From Sulfolobales archaeon HS-7 (GTDB lineage: Archaea; Thermoproteota; Thermoprotei_A; Sulfolobales; Sulfolobaceae), in NCBI GenBank assembly GCA_019704295.1, contig AP024596.1:256001-320000 (forward strand): a DNA stretch of 64,000 nt, in the 5' to 3' direction. A program made the translations under genes and the position numbers. This document shows positions 41,312-53,285 of the stretch, piece after piece. The notes below the pieces were generated by a model. That model searched no databases. It was not told where the DNA came from and was given only the letters and a program-made list of their open reading frames with translations. Positions within the stretch are counted from its first letter, which is position 1; the number at the start of each line of letters is the position of its first letter.

Positions 41312-42982
41312 ATGATCGGGACTTCGCTTCACAAAGATAAATTAGTTTTTAAAGTATATGCCCCCTATATTAAAAAGCTACAACTAAATTTATTGAATGT
41401 TGGGAAATACGAGGCGGAAAAAGATGACAATGGGAATTTTACAATCTCTGTGGATAATGTGTCTGAAGGCCAAGAGTACAACCTGGTTTTAGATAATAAT
41501 CAAATTACTCCAGATCCTTTATCCAGATATCAACCCTATGGAGTACACGGTAATTCAACAGTAATAAATACGGACTTTGACATACCAGAAATAAATCGAC
41601 TAAGGGTTGAAGACCTAATAATCTATGAAATACACGTGGGGACTTTTTCTAGTAGAGGCGACTTTAGAGGCATAATAGAAAAATTGGACTACCTGAAGGA
41701 CTTAGGAGTTACCGCAATTGAGATAATGCCGATTGCCCAGTTCCCAGGTGAAAGGGATTGGGGTTACGACGGTACTTATCTTTTTGCTGTCCAAAATACA
41801 TATGGCGGTCCTAAAGGCCTTGCTGAGCTTGTTAAAGAAGCACATAAAAGAAATCTAGGAGTAATTTTGGACGTAGTATACAACCACGTCGGGCCTGAAG
41901 GAAACTACCTTATTAAACTAGGACCTTACTTCTCCGAAAAATACCGTACCCCTTGGGGTTTAACCTTTAATTTCGATGATAGAGGGAGTGACGAGGTAAG
42001 GAAGCTAGTAATTGATAATGTCAAGTATTGGTTAGATGTGTTTAAGGTGGACGGACTGAGGCTTGATGCGGTGCACGCTATTTTTGACATGTCCCCTAAA
42101 CATATTCTCCAAGAAATTGCTGAGACCGTTCATAATAGGAACAAGATTGTTATTGCTGAAAGCGACTTAAATGATCCAAAAATAGTTAGAGAGGATTGCG
42201 GTTACGGAATTGATATGCAGTGGGTCGACGACTTCCATCACTCTGTCCACGCGTATGTTACGAAAGAGAGATCAGGTTACTATTCTGATTTTGGGACAAT
42301 TAAAGAGGTAGAGAAGAGTTTCAAGGATGTGTTTGTCTATAACGGAAAATTCTCGAAGTATAGGGGGAAAACACACGGTGCACCAGTAGGTGACCTTCCT
42401 AGGTGTAAATTTACAGTGTACATTCAGAATCACGATCAAGTGGGTAATAGAGGAGATGGTGAAAGGCTCTCTGTACTTGTAGATAAGGAATCTTACCTGA
42501 TTGCCTCCGCGTTATACATTCTTTCCCCTTACATACCAATGCTATTTATGGGTGAAGAGTACTTTGAAGCTAATCCCTTCCTGTTCTTTTCGGACTTTTC
42601 AGACCCACAACTAATTAAAGGAGTTAGAGAAGGAAGGCTCAAAGAAAACGGTCAAACAACTGACCCCCAATCGCCTGAAGCCTTTCAAAAATCAAAATTA
42701 TCATGGAATATTGATAAAGATGTATTACATTTTTATAAGAAACTGATAGAAATAAGAAGAAATTATTTAATTAAATGTAAGAAACCCGATTACGTGGAAT
42801 CGGGAACAGACTGGATAACTATCAAAATACCTAATTTACTTATCATCGCTTCATTCCGTGATAATTCCATAGAAGCCAGAGAAGACGGAAGCCTGCTATT
42901 AGGTATTAATTTTCCGGAAAGGATTCAAACACATGGTCAGATAAAAATTTGTAAAGGAATAGGAGTATATCAAACTGCATGA
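41312..42982 (+). CDS. treZ: malto-oligosyltrehalose trehalohydrolase
   Basis: GH13: [34 protein letters not shown]. Confidence 0.95.
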   Translation: MIGTSLHKDKLVFKVYAPYIKKLQLNLLNVGKYEAEKDDNGNFTISVDNVSEGQEYNLVLDNNQITPDPLSRYQPYGVHGNSTVINTDFDIPEINRLRVEDLIIYEIHVGTFSSRGDFRGIIEKLDYLKDLGVTAIEIMPIAQFPGERDWGYDGTYLFAVQNTYGGPKGLAELVKEAHKRNLGVILDVVYNHVGPEGNYLIKLGPYFSEKYRTPWGLTFNFDDRGSDEVRKLVIDNVKYWLDVFKVDGLRLDAVHAIFDMSPKHILQEIAETVHNRNKIVIAESDLNDPKIVREDCGYGIDMQWVDDFHHSVHAYVTKERSGYYSDFGTIKEVEKSFKDVFVYNGKFSKYRGKTHGAPVGDLPRCKFTVYIQNHDQVGNRGDGERLSVLVDKESYLIASALYILSPYIPMLFMGEEYFEANPFLFFSDFSDPQLIKGVREGRLKENGQTTDPQSPEAFQKSKLSWNIDKDVLHFYKKLIEIRRNYLIKCKKPDYVESGTDWITIKIPNLLIIASFRDNSIEAREDGSLLLGINFPERIQTHGQIKICKGIGVYQTA

Positions 42983-45111
42983 GGAATAGAGATAGACCCC
43001 TAAGACCAGGCGAGCCTTACCCAATCGGATCTACATGGATTGAAGAAGAAGACGGCACTAACTTTGTTATTTTCTCAGAAAGTGCAACGAAAGTTGAGCT
43101 ACTATTGTACTCAAACGTAAGACAGGACGAACCGAAGGAGGTAATTGAGGTTACGCAGAGGACCGGTGACCTATGGCACGTATTTGTCCCTGGAATAAGA
43201 CCCAGGCAGCTCTACGCCTATAGAGTTTACGGACCTTATAAACCCGAAGAAGGCCTAAGGTTTAATCCCAATAAGGTGCTGATAGACCCTTACGCTAAGG
43301 CGATTAACGGAACATTGACATGGGACGACGCAGTATTCGGTTATAAGATAGGTGATCAAAACCAAGACCTATCTTTTGACGAACGAAAAGATGATAAATT
43401 TATACCGAAAAGTGTGGTAATAGACCCTTATTTTAACTGGAAAGATCAGCATTTCTTTATGAAGGAAAAAGTACCTTGGAGTGACACAATCATCTATGAA
43501 CTTCACGTTAAGGGGTTTACAAAGCTTAGACGAGACCTCCCTGAGAATATAAGGGGGACATTCCAAGGACTATCCTCTGACACGATGCTCGACTATCTTA
43601 AGGATCTCGGAATAACTACCGTGGAATTAATGCCAATTCAACAATTTGTAGACGAAAGGTTCTTGGTGGAAAAAGGACTTAAAAATTACTGGGGATACAA
43701 CCCTATTAATTACTTCTCTCCAGAATGTCGTTATTCTAGTAGTGGATGCCTAGGCGAACAGGTTTATGAGTTTAAGAAAATGGTAAATAAACTTCATGAG
43801 GCTGGAATTGAGGTTATAATAGACGTAGTTTATAACCATACAGCTGAAGGGAACCACTTAGGGGCAACATTAAGCTTCAAAGGGATAGACAATAGAGCGT
43901 ATTATTTATTAGACACCAAAAATCCTAGGTATTACCTCGATTTCACAGGGACAGGGAACACCCTTAACTTGTCACACCCTAGAGTTCTCCAGATGATCCT
44001 TGATAGTTTAAGGTATTGGGTATTAGACATGCATATAGACGGATTTAGGTTCGACCTAGCCTCAGCATTAGCACGTCAGCTATACAGCGTGAACATGTTA
44101 TCGACATTTTTCGTAGCAATTCAGCAAGACCCAGTCCTATCGCAAGTTAAATTGATCGCAGAGCCTTGGGATGTAGGACCGGGGGGCTATCAAGTAGGTA
44201 ATTTCCCCTATTTATGGGCAGAATGGAACGGAAAGTATAGGGACGATATTAGGAGGTTTTGGAGAGGGGATGCAACACCCTTCGAAGAATTAGCAGACAG
44301 GTTATTAGGATCACCGGACCTTTACGCTGGGAATAATAAGACACCGTTCGCAAGTATAAACTACATTACTTCCCACGATGGGTTTACGTTAACGGACTTA
44401 GTCAGCTATAATCAAAAACATAATGAAGCCAACCTACTCAATAACGAAGATGGGATGAATGAAAACTATAGTTGGAATTGCGGATTTGAGGGCGAAACTC
44501 AAGATCCGAACGTGATGATGTGTAGAGAAAAACAGAAAAGAAATCTTCTGATAACGCTCCTCACGAACCAAGGTATACCGATGATTTTAGGAGGAGACGA
44601 AATAGGAAGAACGCAAAAAGGAAACAATAATGCGTTCTGCCAGGATAACGAGATAAGCTGGTTCGACTGGAATTTAGATGATAGAAAATTAAAATTCCAC
44701 AATTTTGTTAGAGAACTTATATACTTCTATAGAGCACATCCTATATTTAGAAGAGCGAGGTACTTTCAAGGTAGAAAACTTTTCGGACTCCCTATGAAAG
44801 ACGTAACTTGGCTAAAGCCAGACGGAACAGAGGTAGATGAGGCTACATGGAAATCAACTACTAACTTTATTGCTTACATGTTGGAAGGAAGCGCAATGGA
44901 TGAGATAAACAAATATGGAGAGAGAATAGCAGATGATACTTTCTTAATAATACTTAATGGGGGAAATAATATTAAGTTCAAATTCCCCCACGGTAAATGG
45001 GAACTAGTATTACACCCTTACCTAGACGATAGAAAGGAGATAGTTGAAGGAGGGACGGAAAAAGAGATCGATGGAAAAACTGCTTTAATCTACAGAAGAG
45101 TGGAAGCATGA
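42979..45111 (+). CDS. treX: glycogen debranching enzyme
   Basis: [33 protein letters not shown]. Confidence 0.95.
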   Translation: MRNRDRPLRPGEPYPIGSTWIEEEDGTNFVIFSESATKVELLLYSNVRQDEPKEVIEVTQRTGDLWHVFVPGIRPRQLYAYRVYGPYKPEEGLRFNPNKVLIDPYAKAINGTLTWDDAVFGYKIGDQNQDLSFDERKDDKFIPKSVVIDPYFNWKDQHFFMKEKVPWSDTIIYELHVKGFTKLRRDLPENIRGTFQGLSSDTMLDYLKDLGITTVELMPIQQFVDERFLVEKGLKNYWGYNPINYFSPECRYSSSGCLGEQVYEFKKMVNKLHEAGIEVIIDVVYNHTAEGNHLGATLSFKGIDNRAYYLLDTKNPRYYLDFTGTGNTLNLSHPRVLQMILDSLRYWVLDMHIDGFRFDLASALARQLYSVNMLSTFFVAIQQDPVLSQVKLIAEPWDVGPGGYQVGNFPYLWAEWNGKYRDDIRRFWRGDATPFEELADRLLGSPDLYAGNNKTPFASINYITSHDGFTLTDLVSYNQKHNEANLLNNEDGMNENYSWNCGFEGETQDPNVMMCREKQKRNLLITLLTNQGIPMILGGDEIGRTQKGNNNAFCQDNEISWFDWNLDDRKLKFHNFVRELIYFYRAHPIFRRARYFQGRKLFGLPMKDVTWLKPDGTEVDEATWKSTTNFIAYMLEGSAMDEINKYGERIADDTFLIILNGGNNIKFKFPHGKWELVLHPYLDDRKEIVEGGTEKEIDGKTALIYRRVEA

Positions 45112-47282
45112 AACTTTTATCTACCTACAGAGTTCAGTTGAATAAAGGCTTTAATTTTGATAATTTAATAGAATATCTAGATTATTTCGCAGAACTAGGT
45201 ATCTCACACCTTTACCTATCCCCAGTCTTTCAGGCCAGACCTGGAAGTAATCACGGCTATGATATAACCGATCACTCAAAAATAAACCCAGAACTCGGTG
45301 GGGAAGACAAATATAGAGAGTTAATCAGGAAAGCAAAAGAGAAAGACCTTGGTATAATTCAGGATATAGTACCTAATCATACAGCGGTTCATTCAGATAA
45401 TTGGAGATTAATGGACGTTTTAAAGAACGGCAAGAAAAGCAAATACTACAAGTTCTTTGACTTTTACCAAGAGGAAAATAAAATAAGGTTACCGATACTT
45501 GAGGACAACCTTGATAAGGTAATTTCACGTGATCTTATAAAAATAATAAAAGATAAGGAGGGCAATTACTTCTTAAAATATCATGATTGGAGACTACCAC
45601 TTTCGCGGATAGGATACGACATAAGAGAAACGCTTAGAGACCAGTTTTATGAACTATCGTACTGGAAAGAACCGCCCTCTTACAGAAGATTTTTTGATGT
45701 AAATGAGTTAATAGCAATAAACCAAGAAATTGATTTTGTTTTTGAGGAAACACATAAGAAAATCCTTGAATTCGATATAGACGGATTCAGAATAGACCAT
45801 GTCGATGGTTTATATAATCCGGAAAATTACGTAAAAAAGCTTAAAGAAAAATCTAAGAATAAAATAATTTTAGTAGAAAAAATATTGTCATTTGACGAAA
45901 AATTATTCAACGGACCGGATGGTACTACTGGATATGATTTTCAAAATTTCTCTAATCTATTATACACCTTTAATGAAGAAGAGATGTCAAGAATTTACTA
46001 TGACTTTATAGCTATTGATTCTGGCTATGATATAAATGAAGCGATAAAAGAGACTAAGAAATTTGTCATTGAAGAACTATTCAATTACGAGGTATCACGA
46101 CTTTCCAGGTTATTAGGCGTTAGTATCGAAACATTGAAAAATTACCTGATCTGCTTGCCTTTTTATAGAACATATAATAACGAGGTAAATAAAGAATGCG
46201 ATAAGGGAGAAGAGATATTAAAAGCGGCTAGAGAAAGGCCAGAAATATACGCTAAACTCCAACAGTTCATGCCAGCAGTTTTTGCAAAGTCGTATGAGGA
46301 TACTTTCCTATATAGATATAACAGGCTAATTTCGCTCAATGAGGTCGGTAGTAATTTAGCCTATTATCACTTTGACTGTAATAAATTCCATGAATTTAAT
46401 AGCTCTCGTGTATCAACATTATCGTTAAATACTACAAGCACCCACGACAGTAAATTTAGCGAAGATGTGAGAATGAAAATAAGTGCAATCAGCGAAAAAC
46501 CAGAAGAATGGTGGAAAAAAGTAAAAGAGTGGCACGGGATCTTAAATCCAAAAGTGGATAAAAATACAGAATATAGGTTTTACCAAGTATTGTTAGGTAG
46601 CTATTATGAGGGATTTACAACAGATTATAAAGAACGGTTAACTTCGTATATGATTAAGAGTGTAAGAGAGGCCAAACAACATACATCATGGCTAAAAGTA
46701 AACCAAGAATATGAAAATAAAGTAGTAGAACTTGTTGATGAAACGTTTGATAATGAAGAATTCCGAAAGTCTTTTCTCGAATATGAAACTAAAATCAGGA
46801 AATTAGGTATGATTAAATCTTTATCTCTCGTTGCATTAAAGATGCTATCCCCGGGTGTACCAGACTTTTATCAAGGCACTGAGACATGGAGATATCTATT
46901 AACAGATCCGGATAATAGGAGGAGTGTTGACTTTGATAAATTAAATAGGCTTCTAAAAAATTCTAAAAAATATGACAGCCTAATGTTGAGTAACATGGAG
47001 GATGGGAGAATAAAGGTCTACACTACGTATAAGTTACTTCGTTTGCGGCGATTATATAACGAAACAATAATTAACGGGAGTTACGAACCGCTGAAATTGC
47101 CAAAAGGCCTATGCGGATTTACTAGAGGAGGGAGAATATTAGTTATTGTAAAGACGTTAGGAAGTCTAGGAGAACATACTATGGACGTAGATGGGGGATA
47201 CATTGACATTCTTACTGAAGAGGAGATAACGAACGAAGTAAATGTGACGGACTTGCCCAGAGTCCTAATTAAGGAAAAGTAA
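45108..47282 (+). CDS. treY: malto-oligosyltrehalose synthase
   Basis: STYRVQ, HGYD, DIVPNH, YRRFFD, RIDHVDGL, VEKIL, STHDSK, DPDNRR. Confidence 0.95.
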   Translation: MKLLSTYRVQLNKGFNFDNLIEYLDYFAELGISHLYLSPVFQARPGSNHGYDITDHSKINPELGGEDKYRELIRKAKEKDLGIIQDIVPNHTAVHSDNWRLMDVLKNGKKSKYYKFFDFYQEENKIRLPILEDNLDKVISRDLIKIIKDKEGNYFLKYHDWRLPLSRIGYDIRETLRDQFYELSYWKEPPSYRRFFDVNELIAINQEIDFVFEETHKKILEFDIDGFRIDHVDGLYNPENYVKKLKEKSKNKIILVEKILSFDEKLFNGPDGTTGYDFQNFSNLLYTFNEEEMSRIYYDFIAIDSGYDINEAIKETKKFVIEELFNYEVSRLSRLLGVSIETLKNYLICLPFYRTYNNEVNKECDKGEEILKAARERPEIYAKLQQFMPAVFAKSYEDTFLYRYNRLISLNEVGSNLAYYHFDCNKFHEFNSSRVSTLSLNTTSTHDSKFSEDVRMKISAISEKPEEWWKKVKEWHGILNPKVDKNTEYRFYQVLLGSYYEGFTTDYKERLTSYMIKSVREAKQHTSWLKVNQEYENKVVELVDETFDNEEFRKSFLEYETKIRKLGMIKSLSLVALKMLSPGVPDFYQGTETWRYLLTDPDNRRSVDFDKLNRLLKNSKKYDSLMLSNMEDGRIKVYTTYKLLRLRRLYNETIINGSYEPLKLPKGLCGFTRGGRILVIVKTLGSLGEHTMDVDGGYIDILTEEEITNEVNVTDLPRVLIKEK

Positions 47283-47518
47283 ATATGCGAAGGACTTGGT
47301 TTTCAAGCGCTGTAGAAAATTTCAGATTCTACATCAAAACAAAAGGGATTGTTAGCTAAATAACTAGATAAACTAAAAAGTTGTAAAAAACGTTTGCCTG
47401 TATAGATCCATTCGATTACGAGAAGAATAATGATATAAAACCAGTTCTTAAGTGTAGTCGCATCTGAACTCAATCTTTCAAAAATTAATTTTAAAAACGA
47501 GATTTTCAGTGTGACTAC

Positions 47519-48713
47519 GGGTGATTCACGTGTCCATTGTGAATTGTGATATTCCTCGCTAAATTAGAATAGTTCAGCATATAATAACCCAGATATATGT
47601 AAAATAGCGAGAGGAATAGGGATGGCTGTAATATTATTGCAGATGTAAGAAAAGATGTTGAAGTGTTATACGTAATGGCAATAGCTCGCGCGATTTGTAA
47701 AATCCTCCAAGGGGAATAAATAGATCGAAACGCCTCCTCTGCACAAGGGAGTTGAAGGACTCCACGAGGTTGTTACCCTTGAGTCACTCCCGTTCCTGTG
47801 GCGAAGAGATATTCGAGTACACTGTACTTGTCAGCTATAGATTTTCCCTCCTCAGCTGAGGAGCCCGTTCAACTCCTCCCTTCCCCCCCCCCTTTTCATT
47901 CTCCGCCTCTAATTGACTATGCATTATTGCCTCCTAACCCTCATGTTAGAAACGCGGATGACTTTGTACAAGGCAGTGAAGTCATTCGCTACGATCAACT
48001 CCACGTTACACTTCCTCCAGAGGCGAACGAGGAAGCTCCAATAGCTTCTCTTGGCCTTTTCCTTAACGAGTACTACGTCAAGTATTGCCCTCCTTTTCTG
48101 GGGAGTTACCCCTGTTGCGATTAGGAACACTCCCTTTTCCCCATGAGTTGACTTGGTGTTTTTCTTATCTACGTATTTGAAGTTGCTCCTTTCGTTCAGG
48201 TTTGGCATCGGAAGCTAGACGTTCAATTTCCCGCCAATGCACGAATATGAGAAGGAACGTGAGAACTGCCTCGCTCTCTCGCTCTAGTTCCTCCTCCACA
48301 CGCGTCTTGACTCTCTTGTCCTCCTTACACAAGACAGGTAGTTTCATGCTTATGCGTAAAATTTTGTAGATCTTTCTCCTGCCCTTCGTCAAGAGCACGA
48401 AGCTCTTAAGAAAGCGGAAACTAGAGTACCTCTTCTCTTAACCTCCTTTCCCCTAGTTGGGACTTATCTCCTCCGCTTCCTCAAGGGCTTTCCTCTTGAA
48501 CTCCTCGACTGATTTTTTAATAATAGATTCTGTGGAAGCATTTGCGGGACGACCTAGAAAATAATACCATATTCGGTTATACTTGGTAATTCAAGTTATT
48601 CCATGGTATTATTTCCGGCTCATCCCTTATTTAGTATTACTGAACCAGCGATGAATTAGTTGATCTCAAACTAATAAAATATAGTGAATTCATAATAAAT
48701 GGGTGAATGGCCC
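47519..48713 (-). mobile_element. degraded IS256-family (ISC1250-like) element, copy 2
   Basis: TIRs GGGTGATTCACG / GGTGAATGGCCC; fragmented transposase (ORFs 47924..48208, 48165..48398); possible decayed TSD GTGTGACTAC/ATTTGACTAG. Confidence 0.8.
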
Positions 48714-48884
48714 ATTTGACTAGGTCACTAATAGTAATTTCGCTTGGCATAATATATTTATAGGGCTATTTTTATAAAAATCTAATGATATATGATAACA
48801 TATAGATTTCTTTAAGATGGCAGATTAGTTTTACTCTTCTATATACAAAATGTTTAATATAAGTATATGTGTTAAAAAAATATA

Positions 48885-49664
48885 ATGGATTTGATATCGT
48901 GCGTAACGGATCTTATTAATATCATTATTGGTGCCTGTATTGCATATAGCGGTACCTATCTTGCATATTACCTCGAGAACAGAAGATTTCCTACATTATC
49001 CTTTGATGGATTAATATTTAATCGTTTTTCTGAATCTATAAGAGTCTTACTTAAAGTTAGAAATAATGATGGGTTCTTTAATGTGACTAACGCAATTTGC
49101 CAGATATCTGTTAAAATATCTCGAAAGGGCAATAATAATGATATATCCAAATATATTGTAGAGTGCCCTAAGAAGAGTGACAACAATAGGAATAAGGCAT
49201 GGATTCCATTGGTAAACACCAGAGATAGATACAGAGAGGTTGAAGGTGAACCGGTTTCCTGGAATGTATGGTTAGATAACAGTGAGGGAATTGAGAACAT
49301 GAGGTTTAAATACCTGGGGTTAGTTCCGTCTAAGGGTTTTAATATGGCGGTACTTATGGATATCTACAAGACCAAAAAAGACGAATATCTCTTGAGGATA
49401 AATAGCGAGTACGGACCCGAGGATAAGCCCAAACTTATTCTAAAGTTGCCGATAAAAGATGAGGAGTTAGATAACATAACAGTTAATATTCAAGTTACCG
49501 GTGATAAAGTTAGGAAGTTTATTGAAGGAAATATAATCGTAAAGCCTGTAGTTAATGATAATCATAAGGATTTCCAGATAGAGTTTAAACACGATCATAA
49601 GAGTGAAATCAAAAACTTTTCAGATCTTTTTAATTCAAATATTGGCGAAATAGATTGTGATTAG
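48885..49664 (+). CDS. AT-rich orphan protein with N-terminal TM helix
   Basis: 259-aa ORF; LINIIIGACIAYSGTYLAYYL anchor. Confidence 0.7.
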   Translation: MDLISCVTDLINIIIGACIAYSGTYLAYYLENRRFPTLSFDGLIFNRFSESIRVLLKVRNNDGFFNVTNAICQISVKISRKGNNNDISKYIVECPKKSDNNRNKAWIPLVNTRDRYREVEGEPVSWNVWLDNSEGIENMRFKYLGLVPSKGFNMAVLMDIYKTKKDEYLLRINSEYGPEDKPKLILKLPIKDEELDNITVNIQVTGDKVRKFIEGNIIVKPVVNDNHKDFQIEFKHDHKSEIKNFSDLFNSNIGEIDCD

Positions 49665-49741
49665 ATTTTATTATATTTTTTATGATTCGGATTTTATCCC
49701 ACTGACTAAACTTTTTACTCTAACATTTTTGCAGAAAGAAT

Positions 49742-49904
49742 GGACAGCTCACACGTTTATTGCGAATTCAGTTTATTTAGAAAAATCAAATGAATTTTAT
49801 TGAATTCGATCGTATGGACTAGTAGGGATTCGCACTTAACAATTTCCTTTATTTAATCAAATCTTTGTCATTACTACAATTCGCAATGGAAACCTGAATC
49901 ACCC
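49742..49904 (+). mobile_element. 163-bp IS256-type MITE
   Basis: GGACAGCTCACACGTTTATTGCGAATT...AATTCGCAATGGAAACCTGAATCACCC. Confidence 0.85.
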
Positions 49905-49993
49905 GTACTTGGTATATATCTGGATTATTATACACCGAACTATTCTAATTTGACGAAGAATGTTACAATTCGCAATGAACGCGTGAACGGTCC
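49905..49993 (+). mobile_element. isolated terminal fragment of the IS256-type element
   Basis: Reverse complement matches 3131-3215; ends TTCGCAATGAACGCGTGAACGGTCC. Confidence 0.75.
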
Positions 49994-50189
49994 TGGTTTT
50001 AAAGCAAATAATATTTACTGCGAAGAACCAGTTACGCGTGTTGGATATCCACGCTCTATCTACGAGGATAGATATCTTGCTGCACTTCGCTGGAACTTCA
50101 TGGCAGTCTTAAGCTAGCGACGTACTCTTTTTCATCTTGACTTCGTTAAAAAGAGCGTATATGGCCGACTTTTGTTATCTCACGTAAGT

Positions 50190-50564
50190 TTATCCTACGT
50201 GGCTAACGCATTCTACACTATATTTCTCGCAGAGCCTGAGGTCGTCTCTCAGTATTACTCCTTTACCCTTAACGTCCCATATTATAGGGTTGTTCTTCTT
50301 TACAGCCCTGTCGAACTCCTCCTCCGTTAACGGTATTACCTCAAAGCCCGGAGGCAAGTCTAGCTCTAACAGCCTTTCTAATGCATTCCCATGGAACTCC
50401 CCTATCAAGAGGACGTCAACATCACTCCATACGTTAAAGTCCCCTCTCGCGTAAGAACCGATCAGAAAAGCCGAGTACTTTCCCTTCAAAGAGTTAACGT
50501 AAGTCCTTGCCTTTTCAATTACTTCCCTCCTATTTCTTTCTCTTTCTGCAATAATGTCCTCCAA
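50190..50564 (-). CDS. minimal nucleotidyltransferase (MNT) antitoxin-like protein
   Basis: LIGSYARGD...SDVDVL. Confidence 0.9.
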   Translation of the reverse strand: MEDIIAERERNRREVIEKARTYVNSLKGKYSAFLIGSYARGDFNVWSDVDVLLIGEFHGNALERLLELDLPPGFEVIPLTEEEFDRAVKKNNPIIWDVKGKGVILRDDLRLCEKYSVECVSHVG

Positions 50565-50935
50565 AGCTCCTCTACGTACTTTATTACCTCTTCGGCATAT
50601 TTAATCGCTTCCTCAGCTTCTCTCCTAGTGTAGTAGTACTGTGGGGCTTCGCTCTGCCATACATCAGGATACCTAGTAGGGATGTAGAGCTTGTCCAGAT
50701 ATTTAGCCATATCAATCAAGTCCTCCGGAGCGTTTAGCAAGGTCAACAAGTTAGAAACCGTATGTCCCGTTCTAGGTTGCCCTATACCATAAAAATATGC
50801 TTTAACAGCCAGCTCCGCAGACTGTTGAGCCTTAAAGCAGGCCCAGTTATAAAACCCTCCCTCAAGGTCATGCTTAGCACTGTCTATGGTGAGTTTTGCA
50901 GACTTAAACCATCGGTCAAACTCGTCGGCGTCCAA
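50519..50935 (-). CDS. HEPN domain protein
   Basis: YNWACFKAQQSAELAVKA, TGH, LYIPTRYP. Confidence 0.9.
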   Translation of the reverse strand: MDADEFDRWFKSAKLTIDSAKHDLEGGFYNWACFKAQQSAELAVKAYFYGIGQPRTGHTVSNLLTLLNAPEDLIDMAKYLDKLYIPTRYPDVWQSEAPQYYYTRREAEEAIKYAEEVIKYVEELWRTLLQKEKEIGGK

Positions 50936-51249
50936 TATCGAAAAACTGTATATCAGAAAATTAAAATCCTTTTCTGAGCTTTACATCGTCCTCTTTTATA
51001 GCGTTTAATCTTTAGATCTACTTCCTCTAAATCTGATATATGCGAATTTTCTGAGCTCCTTAACCCCTAAACGGTAGACCCAAAATAGTTTCTCCTTATA
51101 ATATTTAAATAACTATTATTGGGCAAGGAATGAGGAAAATGACCTGTTGTGAGAAGTACGCATTTCCTCGCCTGTAATTCAACTTGATAGTGCAAGTTCT
51201 CCAAGTTTACCCTATCATGATAAATCCCCTTTTCGTCATTTTAAGGAAA

Positions 51250-51850
51250 GAAAGCGAGTGGGTAAGTGTTGATCCGAATCGCTTCTGCAAGGGACTCCTC
51301 GCAGGAGACAGGTGTTTATATCGATTTCTGCCGCGAGAGATTAAGCGAGGGTATTGGAGGGAAAGCTAGAAAATTCGCTTCGGAGGATCTCGAGAGGCGA
51401 ATAGATGGTAAATCGTGTGAATTACCAGAAGAGGGGTTTTACAGGAAGGATAAACGCACGTAATGCGAGAAAGTTGAGCCGGTTGAGCCACTCTGGGTTG
51501 AGCGAATGTTGCTAAGCTCGTCATAAACAAGTCGTCTCAAGAGAAAACAACAGCCGCGATTTTTATAACTTGAGGATTTACGCTCTATTCCCAATTCAAG
51601 GCGCTATATGCTTCACCTCTAACACGGCTATGGGAAAGGGAAGTCTAGTACTGTATCTAAATCAACGTTTTATTTCTTAACGTTTTTGCTCTTTGCAAAC
51701 ATGCACTTCTTAAGACAGAACCATTGTAAGGCCTCGCTATTCTCATCTCTAACATTACATGTTTTTTGTGGAAGTGTCACCCAAGCGAGTTAAGCCTGGA
51801 AATTCGCTGGGTTCAAGAGGATGGAATCCGCTTCTGAGTAATCTCTCGTC
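51250..51850 (+). pseudogene. possible highly decayed tnpB fragment, interrupted by copy E
   Basis: Relic WVSVDPN (RuvC-I-like) and LEDL (RuvC-II-like, ~51569). Confidence 0.35.
51599..51774 (-). mobile_element. 176-bp CT-core element, copy E (2-nt deletion)
   Basis: Minus strand GGTGACA-CT-TCCACAAAAAACATG...GAGGTGAAGCATATAGCGC-CT-TGAATTG. Confidence 0.85.
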
Positions 51851-51879
51851 AAGCTATGATAACTTGCGTAGAAAACATT

Positions 51880-52170
51880 AAAGCAACCGCTCAGGAAATA
51901 GAAGGATGACCAACGACCGGAACTCCTCCTTTTTCACAACGCCCTTGAATACCGTGTACAAGGTGTAGAGGGCCATGATTAACGCGTAGACCAGCTCGCG
52001 GAACTCAAACTTAGTTGAACTAGCGAAGGGGAGACCTTGACCTTCCTATAAAGGGTCTATATGGAACATCTCACTCTGTTGTACGGAATGAACACACTCT
52101 TCCTCTGTCGATTAAGGTTGGTGGCCCTAGCTAAGCGCACAACTTTCCTCTTATTTTTCAGATTATCTGC
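51880..52170 (-). pseudogene. ISH3-family (ISC1225-like) transposase C-terminal fragment
   Basis: ARATNLN...SSTKFEFRELVYALIMALYTLYTVFKGVVKKEEFRSLVILLFP. Confidence 0.75.
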
Positions 52171-52179
52171 TTATTATGG

Positions 52180-52342
52180 GGGTAATTTACGCCTCCTTTG
52201 CGAACTCAGTTTATTTCAACCATTGTAACAAATTCAATTCAACTCTACCGCAATCACCGAGTAGGGATTTACTCTCAATAATTTACTCTATTTTATATGT
52301 TTTCTCATAAATTACAATTCGCAATTAATGCGTGAATGGTCC
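52180..52342 (+). mobile_element. 163-bp IS256-type MITE
   Basis: GGGTAATTTACGCCTCCTTTGCGAA...TTCGCAATTAATGCGTGAATGGTCC. Confidence 0.8.
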
Positions 52343-52396
52343 TACGCTCATTGATATCCGTAAAAGATTTAACTGTCTTCAAATAGAATCTCAACT

Positions 52397-52750
52397 ATGA
52401 GCATTCCTCTAACTCCCTCGGAGATAAAAAAATCAATAGCAATGCGCCTACATAAATATATAAAGGAGATCTTTGTAACAGCACCAGAAGAAATAATAAT
52501 TAATAATTTTAGGGAAACTGAATTACTTGATACTCCCTTTGAAAGAGGAATTGAAGGATTAAGTTTTGATGGTGAAATATTATTTCCGTTAATAAACGGT
52601 AAAAATATTAAATTAAGAGTGGCTATCACTGGATTCATAAGCGATAAGGTGATTCGACTAGGATTTTCAAACTTTGGAGTAGATTTTGTGCTAAATGAAA
52701 AAGGAGATGTAAGTGAGATTTATCCCGAAGGCGAGTATGGAGATATTTGA
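52397..52750 (+). CDS. AT-rich hypothetical protein
   Basis: 117-aa ATG-initiated ORF between two MITEs. Confidence 0.6.
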   Translation: MSIPLTPSEIKKSIAMRLHKYIKEIFVTAPEEIIINNFRETELLDTPFERGIEGLSFDGEILFPLINGKNIKLRVAITGFISDKVIRLGFSNFGVDFVLNEKGDVSEIYPEGEYGDI

Positions 52751-52894
52751 ATTGAATATTTAAATCTCAGACATTGTTTATATATTTTCTGAATTCTTTA
52801 CGGCAAATACATCTGCTTTCGACTATATTCAGTGTTTGAGATTATTACAATTGGTATAAGTTTGGGGAAATTGGAGTGTTGAGAAGGGAACTGA

Positions 52895-53057
52895 GGGCAA
52901 TTCAGGTTCCCATTGCGAATTGTAATTATTTTTAATGGGGATTAAATAAAGGAAATCATTAGGTGCGAATCTCTACTTAGTCCATATGATTAGATTCAAT
53001 CAAATTCATTCAATTCTTCTCAATAAACTAAACCAATAAAGAATAAGTGAGCGGCGT
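52895..53057 (-). mobile_element. 163-bp IS256-type MITE
   Basis: Diverged reverse complement of 15073-15235. Confidence 0.8.
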
Positions 53058-53285
53058 GATGCGGTAATATTAATTAAATTCATCACAGTTCTTTGAATAA
53101 ACTAAATTAGTAAAGGATCCATGAATGGCCTGACTTAAACTTCATAATTTATGATTAGAGAATGTACTTTTAGGCGTACTTAGCAGGCATGTAACAAGTC
53201 ATTAAGTTTTCATTGAATCTAAGGCATATTAGTATATTCTAAATGGTCAATTATTTACCTGTACGTTAACAAAACTCAGTACGTA

